Positions 49,454-59,533 of a stretch of DNA of 64,000 bases are shown here, in pieces. A program made the translations under genes and the position numbers. The notes beneath the pieces were generated by a model. That model was not told the DNA's origin, ran no database searches, and saw only the letters and a program-made list of their open reading frames with translations. This DNA comes from Gammaproteobacteria bacterium (GTDB lineage Bacteria > Pseudomonadota > Gammaproteobacteria > Tethybacterales > G965206325). Location of the stretch: assembly GCA_965206325.1 (NCBI GenBank), contig OZ242208.1:678326-742325 (forward strand), written 5' to 3'. Positions within the stretch are counted from its first letter, which is position 1. The number at the start of each line of letters is the position of its first letter.

Positions 49454-50706
49454 TGGAACATTCCGACATTCTGCTGATCGCCCTGCCTTTTCTGCTGTTC
49501 GGCCTGGTCTCGCGCCGCCTCGACAGAAGCCCGATCAGCGCGCCGATGATCTTCACCGGGATCGGCCTGCTGGCCGCGCCGGAGTTTTTCGCCATTCTGC
49601 ATTTCGAGATCGGCCCGGACATTCTTTTCGGGATTGCCGAAATCACGCTCATACTGGTGCTCTTCGCCGACGCCGCCCGGATCGAGCTGAGTCAATTGCG
49701 GCGCATCTACTCCCTGCCCCTGCGCCTGCTGCTGATTGGCCTGCCCCTGGTGATTGCCTTCGGCACGCTGGCCGCCTGGGGACTGTATGACAATATCAGC
49801 CTGTTCACCGCCCTTCTGATAGCGGCGATTCTCGCGCCGACCGATGCCGCGCTGGGACTGGCCGTGGTCGAGGACCGGCGCGTTCCGCAGAGAATCCGCG
49901 AGACGCTCAGCGTCGAAAGCGGACTCAATGACGGGCTTGCTCTGCCTGCCATTCTCATTCTCATTTCCCTTGCCGGGGCTATGGGCGGCATGAGCGGCAT
50001 GGTCGAATCGCCTGCCTACTGGATCGCCTTCGCCGCGAAGCAGGTCCTGCTTGGCCCCCTGGCCGGGATTGCCGCCGGTCTGGGCGGCGGTCTGCTGATC
50101 CGCCGCGCGGTGCACACCGAATGGATGCACAGGCACTTCTTCCAGATTTCAATCCTCATTCTTGCCCCCACCGCCTATGCGCTGGCCAGCCTGATTGGCG
50201 GCAACGGCTTTCTGGCGGCCTTTTGCGCCGGGCTTGCCTTCGGGCATGCCGCCAAGAACATGCGCGGACACATCTATGAATTCACCGAACTCGAAGGACG
50301 CGTGCTGATGCTGATGACCTTCCTGCTGTTCGGGGCGGCACTGGCTCCCGAAGCCCTGATGCGCGCCACGCCGCGCGATTTCATTTATGCCCTGCTGAGC
50401 CTGACCCTGATCCGCATGGCGGCATGCTCGCTGGCACTGATCGGATCGGGCCTGCGCTGGTGGACGCACCTGTTCATCGGATGGTTCGGGCCGCGCGGAC
50501 TGGCTTCGGTTCTGTTTGCCCTGTTCGTGGTTGGCCAGAGCGGCTTTCCCGAAGCCGACCGAATCACCACTATTGCCGCGCTCACCATTCTTCTGAGCAT
50601 TCTGCTGCACGGCGCGAGCGCCTCCCTGGGCGTGCTATGGTATTCGCGCCGGGTGCGAACCCTCACACCGCACTGCCCTGAAAACCGCCCTACGCCACCC
50701 TCTTAG
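49450..50706 (+). CDS. CPA1-family Na+/H+ antiporter (NhaP-like)
   Basis: About 12 TM helices. Codon usage differs from the neighbours (CTG/GGC-rich, few gcggcgg words). Confidence 0.65.
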   Translation: MMEHSDILLIALPFLLFGLVSRRLDRSPISAPMIFTGIGLLAAPEFFAILHFEIGPDILFGIAEITLILVLFADAARIELSQLRRIYSLPLRLLLIGLPLVIAFGTLAAWGLYDNISLFTALLIAAILAPTDAALGLAVVEDRRVPQRIRETLSVESGLNDGLALPAILILISLAGAMGGMSGMVESPAYWIAFAAKQVLLGPLAGIAAGLGGGLLIRRAVHTEWMHRHFFQISILILAPTAYALASLIGGNGFLAAFCAGLAFGHAAKNMRGHIYEFTELEGRVLMLMTFLLFGAALAPEALMRATPRDFIYALLSLTLIRMAACSLALIGSGLRWWTHLFIGWFGPRGLASVLFALFVVGQSGFPEADRITTIAALTILLSILLHGASASLGVLWYSRRVRTLTPHCPENRPTPPS

Positions 50707-50851
50707 GATACATGCGCCCCCCATGCTTGCCCCGCGCACAAAGATTCCTGCTCTTTTTGACGGCCTTGGGCGGCAAAAAAACGATTTATTTTAATAATTT
50801 AACGGGATTTTTATTATAATAGGAGACATCATTTTATTATAAGGAGCGTAA

Positions 50852-51217
50852 ATGCGACTCATGCTTTTCTGCAAAGCCGCCAATTTGGGATTTATTCCCG
50901 TTTTGTTGGTTGTGTTGTCTGTCGCCGGTTGCGGTAGCTTCCCCTATGAGCCGGAACGCGTCTCCAAAATGCAAGAGGGCGATGCGGATTTGGGCTGCGC
51001 CGATCTTGCGATTAAAATTTCCCGAAACGAGGTGGCGGCACTCAAACTGCGCGAGAGATATCGCAATGCCTTCCAAAGGGGGCTTGGGGCTATCCTTCCC
51101 ATGCCGCAGGAATTTTTAGGACATCATCCCTTGTGGCAAGAGGCAAAATCCCATGATGAGCGCGCAAAATATCTGCGGACTCTTTCCGAAGGAAAGAATT
51201 GCGATACGGCGAATTAG
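50852..51217 (+). CDS. hypothetical lipoprotein
   Basis: Signal peptide with lipobox LSVAGC. Low GC. Confidence 0.4.
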   Translation: MRLMLFCKAANLGFIPVLLVVLSVAGCGSFPYEPERVSKMQEGDADLGCADLAIKISRNEVAALKLRERYRNAFQRGLGAILPMPQEFLGHHPLWQEAKSHDERAKYLRTLSEGKNCDTAN

Positions 51218-51323
51218 ACCAAGGAATGACACCCGCCGAATCTCCTCCAATTTGATTCGGCGGCGAAAGGTTGCTATAATTTACATGCCAAAATAACAGT
51301 CGAGGATTCGGCAGGAGTCAAAA

Positions 51324-51626
51324 ATGGCAAGCATCAACCGCAAATTCATCCAATCGGCGTTGGGGTCGCTGAAGCTTAATCGTCGGGTCTTTCACAGCGA
51401 GGACGATTTCCAACACGAGCTCGCGTGGACGATTCGCGATTCATTGAAAGGCAAAGTCCAAGGAAAATTATCTTGGGTATGTGAGGATTCTTCCTTGAAA
51501 AAGAAGGGGGGACGGCAATGCTCCATTCGTCTCCGAGAAAAATACCAATTGAAATGGAAGCCATACTCGGAGATAAACGGACAAGAATTCCGTTATCTCT
51601 TATTGGAGTGTAGGAGTTCTCAATAA
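51324..51626 (+). CDS. hypothetical protein
   Basis: 100-aa ORF in a low-GC context. A terminator hairpin follows it. Confidence 0.3.
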   Translation: MASINRKFIQSALGSLKLNRRVFHSEDDFQHELAWTIRDSLKGKVQGKLSWVCEDSSLKKKGGRQCSIRLREKYQLKWKPYSEINGQEFRYLLLECRSSQ

Positions 51627-51637
51627 ACCCGAAAGAA

Positions 51638-51675
51638 GAAAGGTAAGGGATAACAACCTTGCCTTTCTTTTTAAT
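51638..51675 (+). terminator. rho-independent terminator-like hairpin (GAAAGGUAAGG...CCUUGCCUUUC plus T5)
   Basis: 11-bp stem with one G-U pair, followed by TTTTT. Confidence 0.5.
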
Positions 51676-51690
51676 TTTGCCGTATGTTTA

Positions 51691-52575
51691 TTATCGTCCG
51701 CCCGAATAGCGGTTGACGACGGCAACGCCGATTATGGCCGCAATCGCTCCGAATATGAATTGCATCGTCAGCAATTCATCAAAAAAGACAACGCTGCCAA
51801 TTACGCCGATAATCGGAGTCAAAACATAAAACGGCATCACCGCCGATACCGGATGCCGCCGCAGCATTAAAAACATTCCGACATGTCCAATCAGAGTCAC
51901 CGCCAAGGCGGAATATAAAATTGTGGACCATTCCGCCAAGCCCGCCGTCGCCATTGATTCCATTTGCTTTTGTTCAAATATAAAGGACATCGCCAGCAGC
52001 GGCGGGGCGGAAATTAATGCCATCCAGCCGTTGAGGTTCATCACGCCGACCGCTCCCCGCAATCCGCGCGAAATAACATTTGCGAAGGCATAGCATCCGG
52101 CGTTGATTAATATCAGAAAGAAAGCCAGCGGATAGCCAAGAAAAGCGGCGTCAAATCCGACGATTAAAACGCCCAACAAGGCAATAAAGATTCCCGCCCA
52201 CACCGCCGTGCGGGTTTTTTCGCCGAGCAGAAAATGTCCGAGCAAAGCCGCCATCGGGGTGGCAAATTGCGTGCCGATTAATATCGCCGCCGTGCCGTCG
52301 GCGAGCCACAATGCAAGATACATCGTGCTGTATACCCCCACTCCCATCGCCAAAGAAAAGGCGATGATTCCTCCCGCCCGACGGAGGGCGTCGGCGTTTA
52401 ATCGAATGAAAGGCAAGAGCAGAATCGCCACCAGCACAAAGCGCAAAGCGGCGAAAAATAACGGCGGAAAATGCGCCACGCCCGCATTTCCCACTAAGTA
52501 GGCGCCGGCGAAAATCGCATTAATAAACAGAAGGGCGAGAATGTCCCAAAGCCGAAGCATCGGGGTATAATACAT
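51691..52575 (-). CDS. EamA/DMT-family transporter
   Basis: 10 TM helices arranged as two EamA repeats. Confidence 0.7.
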   Translation of the reverse strand: MYYTPMLRLWDILALLFINAIFAGAYLVGNAGVAHFPPLFFAALRFVLVAILLLPFIRLNADALRRAGGIIAFSLAMGVGVYSTMYLALWLADGTAAILIGTQFATPMAALLGHFLLGEKTRTAVWAGIFIALLGVLIVGFDAAFLGYPLAFFLILINAGCYAFANVISRGLRGAVGVMNLNGWMALISAPPLLAMSFIFEQKQMESMATAGLAEWSTILYSALAVTLIGHVGMFLMLRRHPVSAVMPFYVLTPIIGVIGSVVFFDELLTMQFIFGAIAAIIGVAVVNRYSGGR

Positions 52576-52648
52576 AAAAATCCCCCCGCTTGCGCGAAAA
52601 AATCCGTCTGATTAATATCACAAGGGGATGAAATTAAATCGTATTTTT

Positions 52649-52690
52649 TTGCAAAATGAATTGAATTCAAGTATAATACCCCTTGAATTC
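52649..52690 (+). promoter_or_regulatory. sigma70-like promoter TTGCAA-17-TATAAT overlapped by palindrome GAATTCAAG-N11-CTTGAATTC upstream of the fdh alpha gene
   Basis: TTGCAA at 52649-52654 and TATAAT at 52672-52677. Perfect 9-bp inverted repeat halves at 52663-52671 and 52682-52690. Confidence 0.45.
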
Positions 52691-52733
52691 GGAATTGCAA
52701 AGCGCGCCGAATTGAAATTGCCAAAGCAAAAAA

Positions 52734-55583
52734 ATGGAAGCGATTAGCGAAGAGATTCTGAATCTTCCGATTGAGTTTGAACTCAACGGGCAAGCCGTTA
52801 TCGGCTATGAGGACGAATCCATTCTTGAGACGGCCCGCCGCTACGGCGAGGAGATTCCGTATCTGTGCCACAAGCCGGGCTATCGTCCGGACGGCAATTG
52901 CCGCGCGTGCATGGTGGAAATTGAAGGCGAGCGAGTCCTTGCGCCGTCGTGCTGCCGAATGCCGTCGGCGGGTATGAAAGTCGGCAGCGAAACCCCGCGC
53001 GCGCGGCATTCGCAAAAAATGATTCTTGAACTTCTGCTCGCCGATATGCCGAATCGGAAATATAAGCCGGATTCGGAATTAGCGCATTGGGCCGAAAAAT
53101 TAGGCGTTGGCGAATCCCGCTTTCCTTCGCGCAATCAGCCGAAGGCGGATCTTTCGCATCCGGCGATTGCGGTTAATTTGGACGCCTGCATTCAATGCAC
53201 CCGATGCGTCCGGGCATGCCGAGAAGAGCAGGTTAATGATGTTATCGGCTACGCCGGGCGCGGGCATCATTCTGAGATTGTTTTTGATTTCGGCGATGCG
53301 ATGGGCGAAAGCACCTGCGTCGCCTGCGGCGAATGCGTTCAGGCGTGTCCGACTGGGGCATTAATGCCGGCGCGAAACGCCGGACTTAATCCCGCCGACC
53401 GCACAGTGGATTCGCTGTGCCCCTACTGCGGAGTCGGATGCCAATTAACCTATCACATCAGCGGCGAAAAAATAATGTTTGTGGACGGGCGCGACGGTCC
53501 CGCCAATCACAGCCGCTTATGCGTTAAAGGACGCTACGGATTTGATTATGCGTCGCATCCGCATCGCTTAACGAAGCCGCTGATTCGGCGGGAGGGAATT
53601 GGAAAATCGGCTGATTTCAAAATGAATCCGTCGGCGTGGCGCGAAGTTTTTCGCGAAGCGTCTTGGGAAGAAGCATTGAATTTGGCGGGGGGGACGCTTA
53701 AAAAAATTCGCGATGATGACGGCGGCGACGCTCTTGCCGGATTCGGCTCGGCGAAAGGCAGCAACGAAGAGGCGTATCTTTTTCAGAAACTTGTGCGCGT
53801 GGGATTCGGGGCGAATAATGTTGATCATTGCACGCGGCTTTGCCATGCATCTTCGGTGGCGGCGTTGCTGGAGGGAATCGGCTCCGGTGCGGTTTCCAAT
53901 CAAGTGAGCGATGTAATGCTCGCCGATGCTGTTTTCTTAATTGGAGCGAATCCGACGGTGAATCATCCGGTCGCCGCCACTTGGATTAAAAACGCCGTCA
54001 AGGGCGGAATGCAATTAATGGTCGCCGATCCGCGATCTTCGGATTTATCGCGCCACGCCGCTATTTTTCTGCAGATGAAGCCGGATTCGGATGTCGCTCT
54101 TCTTAATGCAATGATGCATACGATTATTGCGGAAGGACTCGCCGACGATGAATTTATTCGCCGACGCACTTCCGGATTTGCCGCATTGCGCGACAAGGTC
54201 GCCGAGTTTTCGCCGGAAAAAATGGAATCGGTCTGCGGCATTGACGCCGCCACAATTCGCCGAGTCGCCCGCATTTACGCCACCGCCAATCGTGCGATGA
54301 TTCTGTGGGGAATGGGAATCTCCCAGCACATTCACGGCACCGACAACGCCCGCTGTTTAATTGCGCTCGCGCTTTTAACCGGACAAATCGGCCGGCCGGG
54401 CACCGGCTTGCATCCTTTGCGCGGACAAAATAATGTGCAGGGCGCATCCGATTCCGGATTAATTCCGATGATGCTGCCGGATTACCGACGCACCGACGAT
54501 GCCAAATCGCGCGAATGGTTTGAGCAATTTTGGGGGGCGAGTTTGGATTCCAAACCCGGACTCACCGTCGTGGAAATTATGGATGCGGTGACGGCGGGGA
54601 AAATTCGCGGAATGTATGTGATGGGCGAAAATCCGGCGATGTCGGATCCGGATGCAAATCATGCCCGCGCCGCTCTCGCCAAATTGGAAATGCTGGCGGT
54701 GCAGGATATTTTTCTCACCGAAACGGCTTATCTGGCGGATGTCGTTTTGCCGGCGTCGGCCTTTCCGGAAAAAACCGGCACTTTCACCAACACCGACCGA
54801 ATGGTGCAATTAGGAAGACGCGCCTTAAATCCCCCCGGCGAAGCCCGTCAGGATTTATGGATTATTCAGCAGATGGCCAAGCGGCTCGGACTTAATTGGC
54901 AATTTGACGGCGAAGATTCCGGCGTCGCGCAGGTGTTTGAAGAAATGCGGCAAGCGATGCCGAGCATCGGCGGCGTAACTTGGGAGCGCCTCCAAAACGA
55001 GCATTCGGTTACTTATCCGTGCCGACAAGAAGGCGACCCCGGCGAGCCGGTGGTTTTTGTTGAAGATTTTCCGACGGCGGATGGGCTCGGTCAATTTGTC
55101 CCCGCCGATTTAATTTTCGCCGACGAAAAGCCGGATGCGGATTATCCGATGGCATTAATTACCGGCCGCGAATTAGAGCATTGGCACACTGGGGCGATGA
55201 CTCGCCGCGCGTCGGTTTTGGACGCGATTGAGCCGAATCCGACCGCATCTTTGCATCCGTCGGATATGAAAAAATTAGGCGCGCAGGCGGGCGATTTAAT
55301 TACAGTGGAATCGCGTCGCGGACGCATTTCGCTTTATGTCCGCGAAAGCGAAGCGACTCCGCCGGGGGCGGTTTTCATTCCGTTTTGCTACTACGAGGCG
55401 GCGGCGAATTTACTGACGAATCCGGCGTTGGATCCGTTCGGCAAGATTCCGGAATTTAAGTATTGCGCGGTGCGAATCGCGTGCGGCGGGGAACCGTCGA
55501 AAACGCTTGGATTCGGCGGCGGGCAGTTGTTCGGCGACGAATCCATTTTACAGTTCTCATCAACCATGGAGAAATCAACATGA
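52734..55583 (+). CDS. NAD-dependent formate dehydrogenase alpha subunit (molybdopterin, Fdh1A/FdsA-type)
   Basis: N-terminal 2Fe-2S and 4Fe-4S ferredoxin-like Cys motifs. The molybdopterin oxidoreductase domain has Cys at the Sec/Cys position (HCTRLCHASSV). Confidence 0.85.
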   Translation: MEAISEEILNLPIEFELNGQAVIGYEDESILETARRYGEEIPYLCHKPGYRPDGNCRACMVEIEGERVLAPSCCRMPSAGMKVGSETPRARHSQKMILELLLADMPNRKYKPDSELAHWAEKLGVGESRFPSRNQPKADLSHPAIAVNLDACIQCTRCVRACREEQVNDVIGYAGRGHHSEIVFDFGDAMGESTCVACGECVQACPTGALMPARNAGLNPADRTVDSLCPYCGVGCQLTYHISGEKIMFVDGRDGPANHSRLCVKGRYGFDYASHPHRLTKPLIRREGIGKSADFKMNPSAWREVFREASWEEALNLAGGTLKKIRDDDGGDALAGFGSAKGSNEEAYLFQKLVRVGFGANNVDHCTRLCHASSVAALLEGIGSGAVSNQVSDVMLADAVFLIGANPTVNHPVAATWIKNAVKGGMQLMVADPRSSDLSRHAAIFLQMKPDSDVALLNAMMHTIIAEGLADDEFIRRRTSGFAALRDKVAEFSPEKMESVCGIDAATIRRVARIYATANRAMILWGMGISQHIHGTDNARCLIALALLTGQIGRPGTGLHPLRGQNNVQGASDSGLIPMMLPDYRRTDDAKSREWFEQFWGASLDSKPGLTVVEIMDAVTAGKIRGMYVMGENPAMSDPDANHARAALAKLEMLAVQDIFLTETAYLADVVLPASAFPEKTGTFTNTDRMVQLGRRALNPPGEARQDLWIIQQMAKRLGLNWQFDGEDSGVAQVFEEMRQAMPSIGGVTWERLQNEHSVTYPCRQEGDPGEPVVFVEDFPTADGLGQFVPADLIFADEKPDADYPMALITGRELEHWHTGAMTRRASVLDAIEPNPTASLHPSDMKKLGAQAGDLITVESRRGRISLYVRESEATPPGAVFIPFCYYEAAANLLTNPALDPFGKIPEFKYCAVRIACGGEPSKTLGFGGGQLFGDESILQFSSTMEKST

Positions 55584-56200
55584 AGAAAACCGACTTCGGA
55601 ATTCGGGCTTTCAAAGGCCGCACCGGTGCCATTTACACGGTCATTCGCCATCCTGACGGCGCTTTTGAGGTCTTGGAGCCGACCAATCCGCTGGTCGCCG
55701 CGCGTCGCGCCGGTGCCACCGGCAAGCGCGCTGCGGCCGATAAATTGTGGGCGGAATTGTGGGACGGCGAATCGTCCTCGCCGCCGACCGCGGCGAAAAA
55801 ATCCGCCAACGGCCGCCGCAAAAAGAAAGTTGCGGTGAAATCGGCGAATGGCCGCCGCAAGAAAAAAGCGGCGAAAAAAGGAATGGGACGCTGGCCGATG
55901 AAAAAAACGGCGGCGAAAAAATCCACTAACGGCCGCCGCAAAAAGAAAGTCGCGGTGAAAAAATCCGCGGTTAAAGCGACGGCCGGGATAAGATTCCGCC
56001 GCGATGGGAAGCCGACGATTAGTTCGCTGGTGCGCGCCGCCTTCGGCGGCGGGCGCGGAATTACGGACACGACGAAAATGATCGCCCATTTGGAAGGGCG
56101 CGGAGTTTCGTTCAGCCGCGCGTCGCTGTATTCGCTGATGACGGAATTGCGCAAGGGATACGGCATCCCGACGCCGCCGCGCAGCAAGAAGCGATTTTAG
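55580..56200 (+). CDS. Lys-rich protein with internal tandem repeats (ATGA-coupled to fdh alpha)
   Basis: 206 aa. Repeats KKSANGRRKKKVAVKSANGRRKKKAAKKG...KKSTNGRRKKKVAVKK. The DNA carries two near-identical 45-bp repeats near 55795 and 55915. Confidence 0.5.
   Translation: MKKTDFGIRAFKGRTGAIYTVIRHPDGAFEVLEPTNPLVAARRAGATGKRAAADKLWAELWDGESSSPPTAAKKSANGRRKKKVAVKSANGRRKKKAAKKGMGRWPMKKTAAKKSTNGRRKKKVAVKKSAVKATAGIRFRRDGKPTISSLVRAAFGGGRGITDTTKMIAHLEGRGVSFSRASLYSLMTELRKGYGIPTPPRSKKRF
55795..55960 (+). repeat. in-gene tandem repeats of about 40-45 bp
   Basis: aaatccgccaacggccgccgcaaaaagaaagttgcggtgaaa recurs as aaatccactaacggccgccgcaaaaagaaagtcgcggtgaaa, with a partial third copy between. Confidence 0.7.
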
Positions 56201-56208
56201 CCGGACAA

Positions 56209-56841
56209 GTGGCGAGTCGCCGCCGCTCCCCGCCGCAGCGGCGGGGAGCGGATTTTTCGCGCGACGACTTTTATGCGCAGCGCGCGCGGGCGGAAGGATT
56301 CCGCTCGCGCGCCGCGTATAAATTGCTGCAGATTGACGCGCGCGATGCGCTTTTTCGGCGCGGAATGACCGCGGCGGATTTGGGCTGCGCGCCGGGCGGC
56401 TGGTCGCAGGCGGCGGCGAAGAAAATCGGCGGCGGCGGAAAAATCGTCGCCGTGGATTTGTCGCTGATGCGTCCGATTCCCGGCGTCGCTTTTGTGCGCG
56501 GAGATTTTTGCGATGCGGAAGTGCAGTCGCAAATTGACCTTGCATTGGGCGGCGCGAAACTTGACCTTGTGATGTGCGACATGTCGCCCCATATAAGCGG
56601 CGTGCGCGCGCGCGATCAGGCGAATGCGTCGGCGCTGGCTTTGGCGGCGCTGGCGTTTTGCCGAAAGCGGCTGGCGGTTGGCGGCGATTTTCTGGTGAAG
56701 ATTTTTGACGGCGAAGATGCGGCTGAATTGAAGGCGGCAATCGCCGAATCGTTTGAGCGCATCGTCGTCCGAAATCCGGCGGCATCGCGGGCGGCGAGCC
56801 GCGAATCGTATCTGCTTGCCAAGCGGCGCAAAACGCCGTAA
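56209..56841 (+). CDS. rlmE: 23S rRNA (uridine2552-2'-O)-methyltransferase
   Basis: [12 protein letters not shown] and [11 protein letters not shown] motifs. Conserved rlmE-ftsH neighbourhood. Confidence 0.8.
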   Translation: MASRRRSPPQRRGADFSRDDFYAQRARAEGFRSRAAYKLLQIDARDALFRRGMTAADLGCAPGGWSQAAAKKIGGGGKIVAVDLSLMRPIPGVAFVRGDFCDAEVQSQIDLALGGAKLDLVMCDMSPHISGVRARDQANASALALAALAFCRKRLAVGGDFLVKIFDGEDAAELKAAIAESFERIVVRNPAASRAASRESYLLAKRRKTP

Positions 56842-56864
56842 ACTATAAAAAGGAGCAAAATTGC

Positions 56865-58790
56865 ATGAGCGGCACTTGGAGAACAGTCCTGTTGTGGGCG
56901 ATAGTATTCGGGGCGGTTGTCGCCCTGTTTAACCACATTAAGGAGCGCGAGGCGGTGCACGAAGTTGTATCGTATTCGCGCTTTATGGCGGAGGCGGAAG
57001 CCGGCCGCTATCGCTCGGTGCGCGTCAACGACCGCAAACTCTTCGCCCAATCCGACGACGGACGGGTGGTGATGACGCACGCGCCCAACGATGTCTTTAT
57101 GATTTCCGACCTTCGCAAAGCCGGGGCGGAAGTGGAATCCGAGCCCGTCGACGAGCGGTCGCTGCTGACGACGCTTTTCATTTCGTGGTTTCCGATGCTT
57201 TTGCTAATCGGCGTGTGGATTTTCTTCATGCGCCAAATGCAGGGCGGCGGACGAGGCGGCGCGTTTTCTTTCGGCAAGAGTCGCGCGCGCATGACCGACG
57301 ACAAAAATAATCAAGTGACTTTCGCCGATGTCGCCGGCTGCGACGAAGCCAAAGATGAAGTTTCGGAATTAGTGGAATTCCTCCGCGACCCGTCCAAGTT
57401 TCAGAAATTGGGCGGACGGATTCCGCGCGGAGTGGTGATGATCGGCAGCCCCGGCACCGGCAAAACGCTGCTCGCCAAAGCGATTGCGGGTGAAGCGCAA
57501 GTGCCATTTTTCAATATTTCCGGCTCGGATTTTGTGGAAATGTTTGTCGGCGTCGGCGCGGCGCGCGTCCGCGATATGTTTGAGCAGGCGAAAAAAAATG
57601 CGCCGTGCATCGTTTTCATTGATGAAATTGACGCCGTCGGGCGGCAGCGGGGCGCCGGACTCGGCGGCGGCAACGACGAGCGCGAGCAGACGCTCAATCA
57701 ATTGCTGGTGGAAATGGACGGCTTTGACGAAAACACCGGCGTCATTGTCATCGCCGCTACAAATCGCCCTGATGTTTTGGATCCGGCATTGATGCGGCCG
57801 GGAAGATTTGATCGGCAGGTTGTCGTGCCGCTGCCGGATATTCGCGGACGCACGGAAATTTTAGGCGTTCACATGCGAAAAGTGCCGCTGGCGAAGGATG
57901 TGGATCCCAAGATCATCGCGCGCGGCACGCCCGGATTCGCCGGCGCCGACCTTGCGAATCTTGTTAATGAATCCGCCCTGTTCGCCGCCCGGGCGAATCG
58001 GCGGGCGGTGACGATGTTTGACTTTGAGCGCGCCAAAGAAAAAATTATCATGGGCGCGGAGCGTCGGTCGGTGGTGATGCCGGAGCAGGAGCGCAAAAAT
58101 ACCGCTTATCATGAATCCGGCCATGCCATCGTCGCCCGCTTGCTGCCGAAGACCGATCCGGTGCATAAAGTCACCATTATTCCGCGCGGACGCGCCTTGG
58201 GCGTGACGATGCAACTGCCCACCGAAGACCGATACAGCATGAATCGCGAGCAAATTTCGCAGAATATCTGCGTGCTGCTGGGGGGGCGGGTCGCCGAAGA
58301 AATTTTTATGGAGCAGATGACCACCGGCGCATCAAACGATTTTGAGCGCGCCACCGATATGGCGCGCCGAATGGTTACGCGATGGGGAATGAGTCAGGCG
58401 ATGGGGACGATGGTCTACGGCGAAGACGAAGGCGAAATTTTCCTCGGCCGCTCCATCACGACGCACAAGAAAGTGTCGGAAGAAACGATGCGCCAAGTGG
58501 ATGCCGAAATTCGCGGCATCATTGACGAGCAGTATAAAAAGGCGCGGCTGCTGCTTTCGGAAAATCACGCCAAAGTGGAGGCGATGGCGAAGGCGCTTTT
58601 AGAATGGGAAACGATTGACGCCGAGCAAATCGGCGATATTATGGCGGGCCGCGAGCCGCGTCCGCCCAGCGATTTGCCGCCCGACGATACCCCTCCCGCC
58701 GCCGCTGAATCGGACGATAATGCCGCCGCCGCTAAATCTCGTCCTGCCGCCGATCTCGCCGAAGAAGAAAAAGCGGAAGGCGCGGCTTAA
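56865..58790 (+). CDS. ftsH: ATP-dependent zinc metalloprotease FtsH
   Basis: AAA module GSPGTGKT. Zn site HESGHAIV. Confidence 0.95.
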   Translation: MSGTWRTVLLWAIVFGAVVALFNHIKEREAVHEVVSYSRFMAEAEAGRYRSVRVNDRKLFAQSDDGRVVMTHAPNDVFMISDLRKAGAEVESEPVDERSLLTTLFISWFPMLLLIGVWIFFMRQMQGGGRGGAFSFGKSRARMTDDKNNQVTFADVAGCDEAKDEVSELVEFLRDPSKFQKLGGRIPRGVVMIGSPGTGKTLLAKAIAGEAQVPFFNISGSDFVEMFVGVGAARVRDMFEQAKKNAPCIVFIDEIDAVGRQRGAGLGGGNDEREQTLNQLLVEMDGFDENTGVIVIAATNRPDVLDPALMRPGRFDRQVVVPLPDIRGRTEILGVHMRKVPLAKDVDPKIIARGTPGFAGADLANLVNESALFAARANRRAVTMFDFERAKEKIIMGAERRSVVMPEQERKNTAYHESGHAIVARLLPKTDPVHKVTIIPRGRALGVTMQLPTEDRYSMNREQISQNICVLLGGRVAEEIFMEQMTTGASNDFERATDMARRMVTRWGMSQAMGTMVYGEDEGEIFLGRSITTHKKVSEETMRQVDAEIRGIIDEQYKKARLLLSENHAKVEAMAKALLEWETIDAEQIGDIMAGREPRPPSDLPPDDTPPAAAESDDNAAAAKSRPAADLAEEEKAEGAA

Positions 58791-58803
58791 AAAAATCAAT
58801 CCC

Positions 58804-59253
58804 ATGACTCAAGCGGCGGGCGGCGGCGAAGCGTTTTGGCAGTGCCGCACAACTTGGCGGCAAAGCGCCCACAACACCAAATGGTGCCTTATCGGATGCG
58901 CCAGCGGCGACTTCGGCACGATTCTATTTTTTCAAATCGCCGGCATTCCATGGCCGGCGCTGTGGATTTTTGCTCTTGCGATGATTAACGGACTCATCGC
59001 CAGCGTTCTTTTGGAGACGGCGATTTTAATGCGCGGCGGCTTTGGCATTCGCGCCGCCGTTAAAACTGCAATGGGAATGAGTTTTATTTCTATGCTGGCG
59101 ATGGAAACGGCGATGAACGGCGTGGATTGGCTGCTGGTCGGCGGGGCGATGCTGACATGGTGGGCGGCGCCCATTGCGCTCGCCGCCGGATTCGCAACGC
59201 CGTGGCCATACAATTACTGGCGGCTGAAAAAATTCGGCAAGGCCTGCCATTGA
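58804..59253 (+). CDS. DUF4396-like membrane protein
   Basis: 149 aa with four TM helices. Start taken at the Met after the ftsH stop. Confidence 0.5.
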   Translation: MTQAAGGGEAFWQCRTTWRQSAHNTKWCLIGCASGDFGTILFFQIAGIPWPALWIFALAMINGLIASVLLETAILMRGGFGIRAAVKTAMGMSFISMLAMETAMNGVDWLLVGGAMLTWWAAPIALAAGFATPWPYNYWRLKKFGKACH

Positions 59254-59266
59254 AAATTGCGGCGCA

Positions 59267-59476
59267 ATGACGGCGGCGGAATCGTCCGAATTAACCTGTC
59301 CGCATTGTGCGCATCGATGGCGTTTGGCTATGCCGAAAAACGCCTGCATGTGGTTTGGCGATTGTCCCGGCTGCGGAGCGATTCTGCGTCCGAAGCGGGG
59401 CGACTGCTGCATTTTCTGCTCTTACGGCGACCGCCAATGCCCGCCGATGCAAGCGGGAAAATGTTGCGCGCGATAG
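59267..59476 (+). CDS. small Cys-rich protein (9 Cys, GDCPGCG motif)
   Basis: 69-aa ORF with CPHC...C..GDCPGCG...CC.FC...C...CC. Confidence 0.35.
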   Translation: MTAAESSELTCPHCAHRWRLAMPKNACMWFGDCPGCGAILRPKRGDCCIFCSYGDRQCPPMQAGKCCAR

Positions 59477-59533
59477 AGATTGATGATTTTTAATTGCGGC
59501 CGATTTCGCTTTTCCACTGCGTGTCCTTTAATT

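Noticed and set aside
55795-55960. About 45-bp direct repeats that could be mistaken for a CRISPR array
   Set aside because: Only two to three copies. They lie in frame inside a coding region and encode a Lys-rich peptide repeat, the spacers are not unique-sized, and no cas genes are nearby.
58615-59253. 212-aa ORF overlapping the ftsH 3' end
   Set aside because: The N-terminal 60 residues overlap ftsH in another frame and are Pro/Arg-rich. The true gene most likely starts at the Met at 58804, after the ftsH stop.
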